Source of the DNA: Mariniphaga sp.
GTDB lineage: Bacteria; Bacteroidota; Bacteroidia; Bacteroidales; Prolixibacteraceae
Length of the DNA: 57,774 bases
Assembly (NCBI GenBank): GCA_035645995.1
Contig: DASRQG010000684.1
Span: forward strand, 1 to 57,774
Reading direction: 5' to 3'
Under the pieces are notes generated by a model. The model saw nothing but the letters and a program-made list of their open reading frames with translations. It searched no databases and had not been told where the DNA came from. Position numbers and translations under genes: made by a program. Below are positions 29,480 to 38,979 of the stretch, piece after piece; the first letter of the stretch is position 1; each line of letters opens with the position of its first letter.

Positions 29480-30337
29480 TCAATGTTCTTTAAATAAAGA
29501 AACAAGCCAGGTCTCAATTATTTGCATAAGATGATCTCTTTGGGTAATGCTGGTATATGTATGATTCGCTTCCTTAAAATATCTGAAAGTAACACGGTTT
29601 TTGAAGTCAACTGATTTGAACATTTCTTTAAACTGATTTTCATAATTATAATAGAGAGGAATACCCCCGGAATATATATACAACAATCTTATACCTTTAT
29701 TAATAATAGTTTGCATCTCGTTAATAACTGTTTTCTTGGGAGGGAAGGTTCTTGTATAGGTGTTTTCAGGTTGTAATATACTGGCAGATTGTTGCACGGA
29801 AGAAAACTTTTTCAGGATTATGTTTTTAAAAAGAAAACGTAGTATTTTGAAGGGATTAAGAATACCAGGAAAATAATCATGTAAATAAAAGCCCAAAGTA
29901 TGATATGCAAAACCGTCAAGAAGAACCGCTCCTGAAATTCGATTGCGGTTATCGTTTACAGCAATATGATGAGAATAATCGGCCCCTGAGCATAAGCCAA
30001 CTAAGACACAGCTGTCTGTGCTGGTTGTATTAAGTAAGTAATCGATTGCACAATCAATATCAAATATTGCCTGAGAATCATAAGGAAGAGAACTGTTATA
30101 TGAAGCACTGTCTCCGATACCCAACATATCAAATCTGAGGCTTGAAATGCCTTTCGACTGGATTGTTCGTGCCAGGTCGGTATTAAACCTATTGAATCCT
30201 ACTCGATGGAGAAGCCCCGGATTAAGAAATAGAACAGAAAAACGGGATGGATTAAACAGGGTATGAGCAAAAGTTATAATGCCCGTTAACCGGGACTGGT
30301 TACCAAAAGTTACAACACGTTCTTTCATGAGATTCAT
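29480..30337 (-). CDS. Alpha/beta-hydrolase-fold protein with Cys nucleophile (hydrolase-1, exosortase-A-system-like)
   Basis: NPGLLHRVG, LRFDMLGIGDS, nucleophile elbow GLCSG, LLDG, EANHTY. Confidence 0.78.
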   Translation of the reverse strand: MNLMKERVVTFGNQSRLTGIITFAHTLFNPSRFSVLFLNPGLLHRVGFNRFNTDLARTIQSKGISSLRFDMLGIGDSASYNSSLPYDSQAIFDIDCAIDYLLNTTSTDSCVLVGLCSGADYSHHIAVNDNRNRISGAVLLDGFAYHTLGFYLHDYFPGILNPFKILRFLFKNIILKKFSSVQQSASILQPENTYTRTFPPKKTVINEMQTIINKGIRLLYIYSGGIPLYYNYENQFKEMFKSVDFKNRVTFRYFKEANHTYTSITQRDHLMQIIETWLVSLFKEH

Positions 30338-31092
30338 TCCTTGAAGATATCTGAAATTGACTTAATAACATGACTAAACATAATTATACGGTCGAATGAT
30401 TTGGGATCATTCCAGAATATATGTGTATCGGAAAGAGAAAATGAAGCCTGGTTGTGAGCTGAAGAAACATGTCGATTGGAACAAGTACTATTTTTGGAAA
30501 AAATATTGATACTCTCACATTTTGCATCGAAATCAAATATGTCAATATTTTTAATCTCATTGATCAAATCTATTGAATATGGAAATCCAATTCGCTCAAT
30601 ATAATTACTATTTTCGGTGTTAAACTTTAAATAGCTGGAAGCTGAATGAAGATTTGTTAAATCTTCAATCCATTTTGTTCCTTCAAATAGTGGGTCCCAC
30701 AAGACAACGTGGTCAATTTTATTAATATTTTCAGAAGCTAACAAACAGAGTGCTGCACCAAAACGTAATCCAACAACAGAAACAGAATTATGGCCCGAAT
30801 ATTCAGTTAATTCATCAATAGCACTGATCAGATTTTGAATCCATATCGAGAGCCTGCATTCATTAAAACTTCCCTTTGAATCACCATGGCCGTACCAGTC
30901 AAATCGAAATACATGATTACCACTGTTTGCAAGTTGTTCAGCCAGTTTTCTAAGTATTCTGTATGCCCTGAGATATTCATGAGCAATTGGACTACATATT
31001 ATAATACTGTGAGATTTTGGAGCATTAATTTTAGGTTGATGATATACTCCAAATAATTGATAATCTCCTGTACCAAAAAAGATGGGTATCAA
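30334..31092 (-). CDS. Alpha/beta-hydrolase-fold protein lacking a nucleophile (hydrolase-2, exosortase-A-system-like)
   Basis: PIAHEY.RAYR, FRFDWYGHGDS.G, elbow GLRFG (Arg at the nucleophile position), VLWDP. TTG start 6 nt after the NRPS stop. Confidence 0.78.
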   Translation of the reverse strand: MIPIFFGTGDYQLFGVYHQPKINAPKSHSIIICSPIAHEYLRAYRILRKLAEQLANSGNHVFRFDWYGHGDSKGSFNECRLSIWIQNLISAIDELTEYSGHNSVSVVGLRFGAALCLLASENINKIDHVVLWDPLFEGTKWIEDLTNLHSASSYLKFNTENSNYIERIGFPYSIDLINEIKNIDIFDFDAKCESINIFSKNSTCSNRHVSSAHNQASFSLSDTHIFWNDPKSFDRIIMFSHVIKSISDIFKE

Positions 31093-31098
31093 AATATA

Positions 31099-34000
31099 TC
31101 ACTCCCTGGCATGATTTCTTTTTCCAAATATCCTGTTTAGTTTTTCGAAAATTGATGAGTCATCTTTAATCAAATTAGTTGGATGTTCTGATATCGTTAT
31201 TCGTTCGGCAATTTGTTCCAATGTATTTAATATCATTTCTCTTGGATGAATATCGTATCCGGTATCCTTTTTGATTTTTGCTAATACCTGCATTGAAAGA
31301 AGTGAATGACCGCCAAGATCAAAAAAATTATCCATAGATCCGACCTTGTCTATTTTGAGGAAAATTTTCCAGATATTGGCAAGATAGATTTCTTCAGGTG
31401 ATTGTAAATCTCGACTCTCCGAAACACTGTTATTGATAAAGGGAGGAGGCAGCCTTTTACGATCAATCTTACCTGCCGGTGTAAGCGGCAGTTTATCCAG
31501 TTCAATGAAATGCTGAGGTATCATATATGGGGGGATGATATTTTTAAGATAGTTGCGCAGATCTGTTATTGTTACTGATCCAATATCTGCAGGTACGTAG
31601 TATACAGAAAGGCGAACATCTCCGGGACTGAATTCATAACAAGCAGCGGCACACTGTAAAACAGAAGGATGAGAAGCAAGGGCTGATTCGACATCGCCAA
31701 GCTCAATTCTAAAGCCACGGACTTTTACTTGTGTATCGGCACGGTTCAGATATTCAATATTTCCATCATTATGATAACGTGCGATATCCCCTGTACGGTA
31801 TATACGCTCATCTGGCAAAAAGGGATTCTGAATAAAAACCTTTGATGTCAAATCGGGTCTGTTATGGTATCCGCTGGATAGTCCGGCTCCGCCGATGTAA
31901 AGATTACCGGAAGATCCAACAGGAACCGGTTTCATATCATGATCAAGAATATATATTCTGGTATTTCTAATTGGTTTACCAATAAGTACAGGGTCATTCT
32001 TGTCAGTTATCCGATAACATGTAGACCACACTGTGGTTTCTGTAGGACCGTACATGTTCCAGAGTTCCTTGACTCTTGGAAGCAGTTCTTCAATTAAATC
32101 AGAAGGCATTGCTTCACCACCGCATAAAGCTTTTAGTGTTTTATTTCCAGGCCATCCTGTTGTTAAGAGAAGCCTCCAGGTAGCTGGAGTTGCCTGCATT
32201 ATCGAAATATCTGAATCTGATATTATTGAAGATAACAGATTCCCGTCAGCAACAGTTTCATGATTCGCAATTATCAGTTTCGCGCCGGTAATCAGTGGAA
32301 GAAAAAGCTCAAGAATGGAAATATCAAAAGATAATGTTGTAACTGCAAGCAGTGAATCTGATTCTATAATGCCTGGTTTATCTTGCATGCTCAATAAAAA
32401 ATTGGCAAGTGCTTTATGTGAAATTTCAACACCTTTTGGCTTTCCTGTAGAACCTGATGTGTAAATGATATAAGCTGTTTTGTCTGGAGAAGATTTATCC
32501 CAAATATTCTTTGATTCAGATGAATCCGGAATTGTGTCCAGAAAAAGTTTGTGTATATTAACATCAGGTAAATTATCTTTAAAACCAGTTTCGCTTACAA
32601 CTGTATTGATACCAGCATCCTGGATCATCATATTGATGCGGTCCTGTGGATAGTTAGGGTCAATTGGTACATAAGCAGAACCAACAGTGTGTATGGCTAA
32701 AATTGCAGCTACCATATCAAAAGATCGGGAAGTCATCACTCCGATAAACGGATCGGTTTCTGCATGATTTAACAATAAGGAGGCTGCAATGTTTTTAACA
32801 CGTTCTATAAGTTGAAGGTATGTGTAATTATCTGTTCCAGAAACGATAGCGATTTTTTGCGGATTGAGTACTGCCTGGTTACGGATTAAACCAGGAAGGC
32901 AAAACTCAGGAACACAAGTATTGGTATCATTCCATTCGTAAATAAGTTTGTGGAACTCTTTATCGGAAAACATGTTTATCTCGGAAATGAAATTATCGTG
33001 ATTAGATGCCACTGACAGGATAAGATTATTAAAATGTGATACGAATTGCTCTGCAGTTTCCTTTTCAAACAATTCGGTACTATATTCAAAAGAGCCATTC
33101 AGTGAACCATCTTTTTCCCACATATACAACGAAAGGTCATATTGAGTTATTCCCCTGTCGATAAAAACAGGTTCAAGTTTGATGGAACTGTTTGAAATAA
33201 CCGGGAAAGGAAAATTCTGGAAAGCAAACATGGTCTGAAAAACAGGTGTGTGACTTATGTCTCTGACAGGTTTAACAGCCTCAACAATTTTTTCGAATGG
33301 AAAATCCTGATAAGTCATAGATTCAAAAACAACAGATTTTACATTTTGAAGGAATTCCAAAAAAGTTGTGTTTTGATTAAATTTAATTCTGATTGGCAGC
33401 ATATTAAGAAAGAAACCGATCACATGTTCAATCTCAACGGAGATTCTGTTAGCGATCGGAGAACCTATAATGATATCAGATTGACTGGTGTATTTTTTAA
33501 GGAATACAGAATAAACAGTCAAAAGTAACATGTAGAGAGTTGCATTTTGATTTCCGGCAATTTCCTTGAGTTTACCAGTAATTTCAGGGTTAATGGTAAA
33601 ATTGACCTGGGAACCAGAATAATCAAATTCTGGTGGACGCGGATGGTCCGAAGGTAATTCAAGAACCGGGAGATCGCCTTCAAGCTGGTTTTTCCAGAAT
33701 TGTATATGATCTGAATATTTGTTGTTTTTTTCACTTTCATTTAACCATAATGCATAATCAGCATATTGTAATTTCAAACTGGTTTGATTTATTGGTTGAT
33801 CAATTTGTCCTAATCTCTTTATAAGCTCGGTTGCAAGTATACCCATAGACCAGCCGTCAGAAATAATATGATGCATGACAAGGAGAAGTAGACCTTTGCG
33901 ATTATTACGTGAAATAACTATTCTGACTAACGGACCTTTTTCAAGTTGAAATGGCTTTCGTATCTCTTTTTTTACCAGTTCATCCTGATCTTCCGGAATA

Positions 34001-37000
34001 ATTCTTATATCAAAATCAGGTATATCAGTGATAGTGGAATAAGGAACGCCATCTTCCTCGTTAAAAACAGTTCGAAGAGATTCCTGAATTTCCGAAATGG
34101 ATTGTAATGCTTTTTTAATGTAACAAGAATCGATTTCACCTTCATATTCAAATGCCTGAACTATATTGAAAGCAGCACTTTGTGGTTCAAGTCGATACAT
34201 GAACCATATCCGTTTTTGAGAGGGTGATAATGGTTGATTGTTTTTGTCCACCTTTCCGGGAACAATAGATATGGTGTCATTGTTATTAAAATCATTTTCA
34301 TTACTAAAAACTGTTTGAGTCATACTGCTTAATGATGGTGACTGAAGTAAATCTTGTACAGTGAGATTACATGGAAATGATTGTTTGATTCTGGAAAGTA
34401 ATTGAGTACACAGCAGTGAATCTCCTCCGAGATTAAAAAAATTGTCGTTTGGATTTATTGTTTCCAAACCCAGAAGATCTCTCCAAAGATTACTTACAAG
34501 AGTAAGTTTGTCATCTTTGTCAAAATTATTATAGCTGATTATTGGATCCTTTGATTTTTCTTTTTCAGGATCAGATTCAAGAAGTGATTTGGGTTGATCT
34601 GATATGTCAATCCAGAATCGTTTTCTCTGGAATGGATATGTAGGAGTTGAAACACGTTTTCGATTTTCTTCTGAATATATTTTACTCCAATCAACCGTTA
34701 AGCCATTGCACCATAATTTTGACAATGCTCCAGCAAAAAACAGGTTGCCATCAGTCTCATTTTTAGCATGTGGAATCGAAGGGATTGTCAAGTTTGTAAG
34801 TCCGGAATGATTTGATACAAGAGAACAAAGAGTAGTACCAGGTCCACATTCAATAAAAATTGGTGAATTTTCCTTTATCAGGGTTTCAATACCGCCGGAA
34901 AAGTTAACACAAGAACATATTTGCCGGGCCCAGTATTCTGGCGATACTGCGTCATTGTCTGATATGAAATCTCCAGTTATATTTGAAATAAAAGGTATAC
35001 AGGGTTTGTTAAATTCAAATCCGGAAATTTCAGTTTGAAATGATTTGGAAGCAGAATTCATCATTGGTGAATGAAATGCATGGGAAGTATGTAATCTTCT
35101 GAAACTGATTCCTTGTGATGACAGATTTTTTTCGATCTCCTGGATCTGTTCTAATGGTCCGGAAAGTACCGACTGTGACGGGCTGTTAATTGCAGCACAA
35201 ACCAGATCATTATTCAAATAGCTTTGGAGTTCTTCTACGGGTAAGCTTACAGAAACCATAGCACCTGTTGGTGTTGATTCCATTAAATTTCCCCGTAAAG
35301 TAACCAGTTTAAGCCCGGTTTCCAGAGAAAAAACATCCGCTATACAGGCTGCTGTAACTTCTCCAATACTATGCCCGATAAGCAATGATGGATAAATACC
35401 ATAATTCATTAATAATTTTGACATTGAAAATTCAATAACGAAAAGGAGAGGCTGTGCCAAAGACGTATTTGTTAACGAATCATTCGAAGGTAAAGATCCC
35501 GTTAATATATATTGTTTGATGCTTATATTACTTTGTGAACTGAGAATGTCTGAACAATAATCGAAGTACTGTTTAAAAACAGGTTCAGAATTATACAGGT
35601 TATGGCACATACCGGAATATTGAGATCCCTGGCCCGTGAACATGAACACAACCGGGTTATTATTTTGTTGCGCATTACCGGAAAAAAATTTACCGTTTAT
35701 TTTTTTATTAATTACTGTGACACCATCTTCATTATTGGAGCATATTATTGTACGTCGATAAGGAAATTCTTTTCGTCCGTTTTGCATTGTATATGCAATA
35801 TCAGCGCAACAGGAAGAAGTGTTTGAGAGAAATGAAGAAGCTTTACTGGTATATTCTTCCAAAGCAATATCTGATTTTGCTGAAATCGGAATGATATGAA
35901 AAATTCTTGATGACTCAATATGTTTAGCAGAAGGTGGTTCCTGGAGAATGACGTGAACATTTGTTCCTCCGATTCCATATGAACTGACGCCTGCACGTCT
36001 GGGGTAATCCTTTTGTGGCCAGTCTAATGGAGATTCCGGTATAAAAAAAGGACTGTTTTCGATGTTTAATTCTGTATTAGCTTTGTCAAAATTTATGTTT
36101 GGTGGAATTAATCGGTTTTTTAGAGATAAAGATGCTTTAAGGAGTCCTGCAACACCAGCAGCAGCATCAAGATGACCAATATTTCCTTTGATTGAGCCTA
36201 AGGCGCAGAAGTTCCTTTTGGAGGTCATTTCACGAAAAGATCTGGTTAAAGCTGTTACTTCAATTGGATCACCAAGCTTTGTTCCGGTTCCATGGGCTTC
36301 AATAAACTCAATTGTCTCCGGATTAATATTGGCTAATTCCTGTGCCATGGTTACCACTGCGGCCTGACCATCAACAGAAGGTGCTGTGTATCCAACTTTT
36401 AATGAACCATCATTATTTACAGAAGATCCAATTATTGCCGCATAGATGGAATCGCCTTGTTCAATTGCATCAGTTAACCTTTTAAGAAGAACGACGCCGC
36501 ATCCTTCACCGCATACAGTTCCTTGTGCGTTAATGGAAAATGGTCTGCAATGACCGTCAGGTGACAGTATATGCCCGTTTTCGTACAGATAACCTGTGTT
36601 GCGGGGAAACTGTAAAGATACACCGCCAGCTAAAGCCATATCACATTGAAATGTATATAAGTAATTGCATGCAGTATGAATTGCTGCTAGTGAAGAAGAA
36701 CAGGCAGATTGAATACCAATACTGGGACCGACAAGATTAAATTTGTATGAAGTTCTTGTTGTCAAGAAGTCATTGTTGTTTCCTATCATTATCTGATAAT
36801 TTTCAGAAGATAAGCTTGTTTTTTTAGAAGGCAATACATGATAAAGCAGATACCCGTTAGGATTACATCCTGCAAAAACACCAATAGACCCTTTGTAACG
36901 CGATGGGTCATATCCACCATCTTCAAGAGCTTCCCATGCAGATTCAAGGAAAATCCGATGCTGCGGATCTGTTAATGATGCTTCTCTGGGAGACATGCCG

Positions 37001-37236
37001 AAAAATTCAGCGTCAAATAGTTCAACATCATTAATCGCATGATAGCCTTTAACATAAGATGGGTTGTCTAAAAGTTGCGGTTCTACTCCGGCATCATGAA
37101 GTTCCTTGTCAGAAAAATATCTGATCGATTCTATGCCATTTACAATGTTTGACCAGAATTGCTCAATATCAACTGCACCTGGAAATTTTCCTGCCATTCC
37201 AATTATAGCGATTCCTCTTTGGGGTGTTTTATTCAT
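31099..37236 (-). CDS. Hybrid PKS/NRPS: KS-AT-ACP-C-A(Gly)-PCP, no TE
   Basis: KS QSACSSS/EAHGTGT/GNIGH. AT GHSIG + HAFH (malonyl). ACP LGGDSL. C HHIISDG. A YTSGSTGKPKG with code DILQLGMVWK. PCP LGGHSL followed by a short tail. Confidence 0.92.
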   Translation of the reverse strand: MNKTPQRGIAIIGMAGKFPGAVDIEQFWSNIVNGIESIRYFSDKELHDAGVEPQLLDNPSYVKGYHAINDVELFDAEFFGMSPREASLTDPQHRIFLESAWEALEDGGYDPSRYKGSIGVFAGCNPNGYLLYHVLPSKKTSLSSENYQIMIGNNNDFLTTRTSYKFNLVGPSIGIQSACSSSLAAIHTACNYLYTFQCDMALAGGVSLQFPRNTGYLYENGHILSPDGHCRPFSINAQGTVCGEGCGVVLLKRLTDAIEQGDSIYAAIIGSSVNNDGSLKVGYTAPSVDGQAAVVTMAQELANINPETIEFIEAHGTGTKLGDPIEVTALTRSFREMTSKRNFCALGSIKGNIGHLDAAAGVAGLLKASLSLKNRLIPPNINFDKANTELNIENSPFFIPESPLDWPQKDYPRRAGVSSYGIGGTNVHVILQEPPSAKHIESSRIFHIIPISAKSDIALEEYTSKASSFLSNTSSCCADIAYTMQNGRKEFPYRRTIICSNNEDGVTVINKKINGKFFSGNAQQNNNPVVFMFTGQGSQYSGMCHNLYNSEPVFKQYFDYCSDILSSQSNISIKQYILTGSLPSNDSLTNTSLAQPLLFVIEFSMSKLLMNYGIYPSLLIGHSIGEVTAACIADVFSLETGLKLVTLRGNLMESTPTGAMVSVSLPVEELQSYLNNDLVCAAINSPSQSVLSGPLEQIQEIEKNLSSQGISFRRLHTSHAFHSPMMNSASKSFQTEISGFEFNKPCIPFISNITGDFISDNDAVSPEYWARQICSCVNFSGGIETLIKENSPIFIECGPGTTLCSLVSNHSGLTNLTIPSIPHAKNETDGNLFFAGALSKLWCNGLTVDWSKIYSEENRKRVSTPTYPFQRKRFWIDISDQPKSLLESDPEKEKSKDPIISYNNFDKDDKLTLVSNLWRDLLGLETINPNDNFFNLGGDSLLCTQLLSRIKQSFPCNLTVQDLLQSPSLSSMTQTVFSNENDFNNNDTISIVPGKVDKNNQPLSPSQKRIWFMYRLEPQSAAFNIVQAFEYEGEIDSCYIKKALQSISEIQESLRTVFNEEDGVPYSTITDIPDFDIRIIPEDQDELVKKEIRKPFQLEKGPLVRIVISRNNRKGLLLLVMHHIISDGWSMGILATELIKRLGQIDQPINQTSLKLQYADYALWLNESEKNNKYSDHIQFWKNQLEGDLPVLELPSDHPRPPEFDYSGSQVNFTINPEITGKLKEIAGNQNATLYMLLLTVYSVFLKKYTSQSDIIIGSPIANRISVEIEHVIGFFLNMLPIRIKFNQNTTFLEFLQNVKSVVFESMTYQDFPFEKIVEAVKPVRDISHTPVFQTMFAFQNFPFPVISNSSIKLEPVFIDRGITQYDLSLYMWEKDGSLNGSFEYSTELFEKETAEQFVSHFNNLILSVASNHDNFISEINMFSDKEFHKLIYEWNDTNTCVPEFCLPGLIRNQAVLNPQKIAIVSGTDNYTYLQLIERVKNIAASLLLNHAETDPFIGVMTSRSFDMVAAILAIHTVGSAYVPIDPNYPQDRINMMIQDAGINTVVSETGFKDNLPDVNIHKLFLDTIPDSSESKNIWDKSSPDKTAYIIYTSGSTGKPKGVEISHKALANFLLSMQDKPGIIESDSLLAVTTLSFDISILELFLPLITGAKLIIANHETVADGNLLSSIISDSDISIMQATPATWRLLLTTGWPGNKTLKALCGGEAMPSDLIEELLPRVKELWNMYGPTETTVWSTCYRITDKNDPVLIGKPIRNTRIYILDHDMKPVPVGSSGNLYIGGAGLSSGYHNRPDLTSKVFIQNPFLPDERIYRTGDIARYHNDGNIEYLNRADTQVKVRGFRIELGDVESALASHPSVLQCAAACYEFSPGDVRLSVYYVPADIGSVTITDLRNYLKNIIPPYMIPQHFIELDKLPLTPAGKIDRKRLPPPFINNSVSESRDLQSPEEIYLANIWKIFLKIDKVGSMDNFFDLGGHSLLSMQVLAKIKKDTGYDIHPREMILNTLEQIAERITISEHPTNLIKDDSSIFEKLNRIFGKRNHARE

Positions 37237-37278
37237 AATCCAGATTGCCTTTCGTTTATCAAAATGACCAGGTATTGT

Positions 37279-38979
37279 TTATTCCTGGAAAAATTGTCTC
37301 TGCTTTTTACCTAAACCTCTTGCATTTGATAACGATGAGTCTGACGTTGAGGTTTTCATATCAGATAAATATTGTGCCATCAATCGTACAGTTGGATGCT
37401 GAAATAATTCAGTCATGGACACATTTCTCTCAAATTGGATATTGATTTTTTGTTGAACTTCTGCAAGAAGAATTGAGTGCCCGCCAATATCGAAAAAATT
37501 ATCATCAGGATTTATCAACGGAATCTTTAAAACATCAACCCATATCTGTTTAACTGCATTTTCCAAACCGTTTCGAAACTTATTTTCAGGTAGAGGATTA
37601 TTTAGATCGGATAAATGCTTTGAATCCCGAATATCGAGTGAAGGTCTAAGCAGCCAGTTATCATTTACATTTACATTTATTATTAAATCCTGCAGTTCAT
37701 TTAACCACTTTGAAACGGAATTCTTGTTGAAAAGATCAGCATTGAAGTGACATAATAATCTTAATCCGTTTGATGATTCAATTGCATTCAGGTTAATTTC
37801 GAAAATTTCATGGCATCTTGGATTCAGGTAATAATCAACTGTACAGTTCCCAAAACGAATTTTGTCAAGGGCATATTTTTGAGTATGTGTAAGACTTGCC
37901 GATACAAGTGGAATACGTGACAGATTTCTGGGCATATTGATAATTTGTACCAAACGCCCAAAAGATAAACTGCGATGCTCATATGCACTATAAAGGGATG
38001 ATTTTGCTTTCTGAAGCAAAACAGTAAAAGTATCAGAGTTTTTAATGAAAGTTCTGACAGGAAGGAATGAAACACAGTGTCCAACAAGATTTTCCATTCC
38101 CATATCTGGTTGACCTGCTGCAGGAATGCCGATTATAATATCAGTCTGATTTGAAATTCTGGAAAGAGTTGCAGTCCAGGCTGTAAGTAGTGTTACAAAC
38201 AGGCTGGTATTGTTTTTTGAGGAAAGGGTTTTTAGTGATGAAAAAAAATCATTGTCAGCTTGCAGAGAAATCGATTCTGCTCTGTAAGTTCTGATATCCG
38301 GACGTTTGTAATCAAGGGGCAGATCAAGATTGGGAATTTCACCATTCAAAACAGTCTTCCAGTAGGTTTCACATCTCTTTACTTCTAATTGAAGTTTGTC
38401 ATGCCAAATTGAAACATACTCACTAAACCTGGGTGCAGGTTTCTGAAATCCCGATTCGTTGCCATTGAGACATGATGTGTATAAAACTGAAAGATCACTT
38501 AGAATCGTGTCAAGTGACCATCCATCACAAATTATGTGATGAGCAGAGATTATAAGTGTACAATAATCTTTATCATGACAGAGTATATGGGTACGAAATA
38601 GTGGACCTTTGATTAGATCAAAAGCTTGATTCATTTCCTCTTTAATAATCTTATGAAGATCATTTGTGTTGATATCCTGTACTAGTGGCGGATTATCATA
38701 ATCTGACAATATATAAAGCCTGGTTCCATCAGGGCTGACAGTTGATCGTAGTATTTCATGCCTGTATATTAGTTTTTTAATCGCAGTATAAAGAGCGTTT
38801 AAGTTTATATCTCCCCTGATATGTACTGACAATGATTCGATATAGCCAAGTGATGATTGGCTGTCAATTTTGGTTGCAATCCAGATCTCTTTTTGTGAAT
38901 CTGTAAGCGGTATTACTGCTTCAAGCTGCGGACCGGAGAATGGATTAAAACCTGATTGGTTTGTGTATGATTGAATCAT
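37279..38979 (-). CDS. Stand-alone NRPS C-PCP didomain (no A domain)
   Basis: LTDSQKEIW, HHIICDGWS and LPLD..RP, then after a short linker the PCP NFFDIGGHSILL. ATGA overlap with the upstream gene. Confidence 0.88.
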   Translation of the reverse strand: MIQSYTNQSGFNPFSGPQLEAVIPLTDSQKEIWIATKIDSQSSLGYIESLSVHIRGDINLNALYTAIKKLIYRHEILRSTVSPDGTRLYILSDYDNPPLVQDINTNDLHKIIKEEMNQAFDLIKGPLFRTHILCHDKDYCTLIISAHHIICDGWSLDTILSDLSVLYTSCLNGNESGFQKPAPRFSEYVSIWHDKLQLEVKRCETYWKTVLNGEIPNLDLPLDYKRPDIRTYRAESISLQADNDFFSSLKTLSSKNNTSLFVTLLTAWTATLSRISNQTDIIIGIPAAGQPDMGMENLVGHCVSFLPVRTFIKNSDTFTVLLQKAKSSLYSAYEHRSLSFGRLVQIINMPRNLSRIPLVSASLTHTQKYALDKIRFGNCTVDYYLNPRCHEIFEINLNAIESSNGLRLLCHFNADLFNKNSVSKWLNELQDLIINVNVNDNWLLRPSLDIRDSKHLSDLNNPLPENKFRNGLENAVKQIWVDVLKIPLINPDDNFFDIGGHSILLAEVQQKINIQFERNVSMTELFQHPTVRLMAQYLSDMKTSTSDSSLSNARGLGKKQRQFFQE

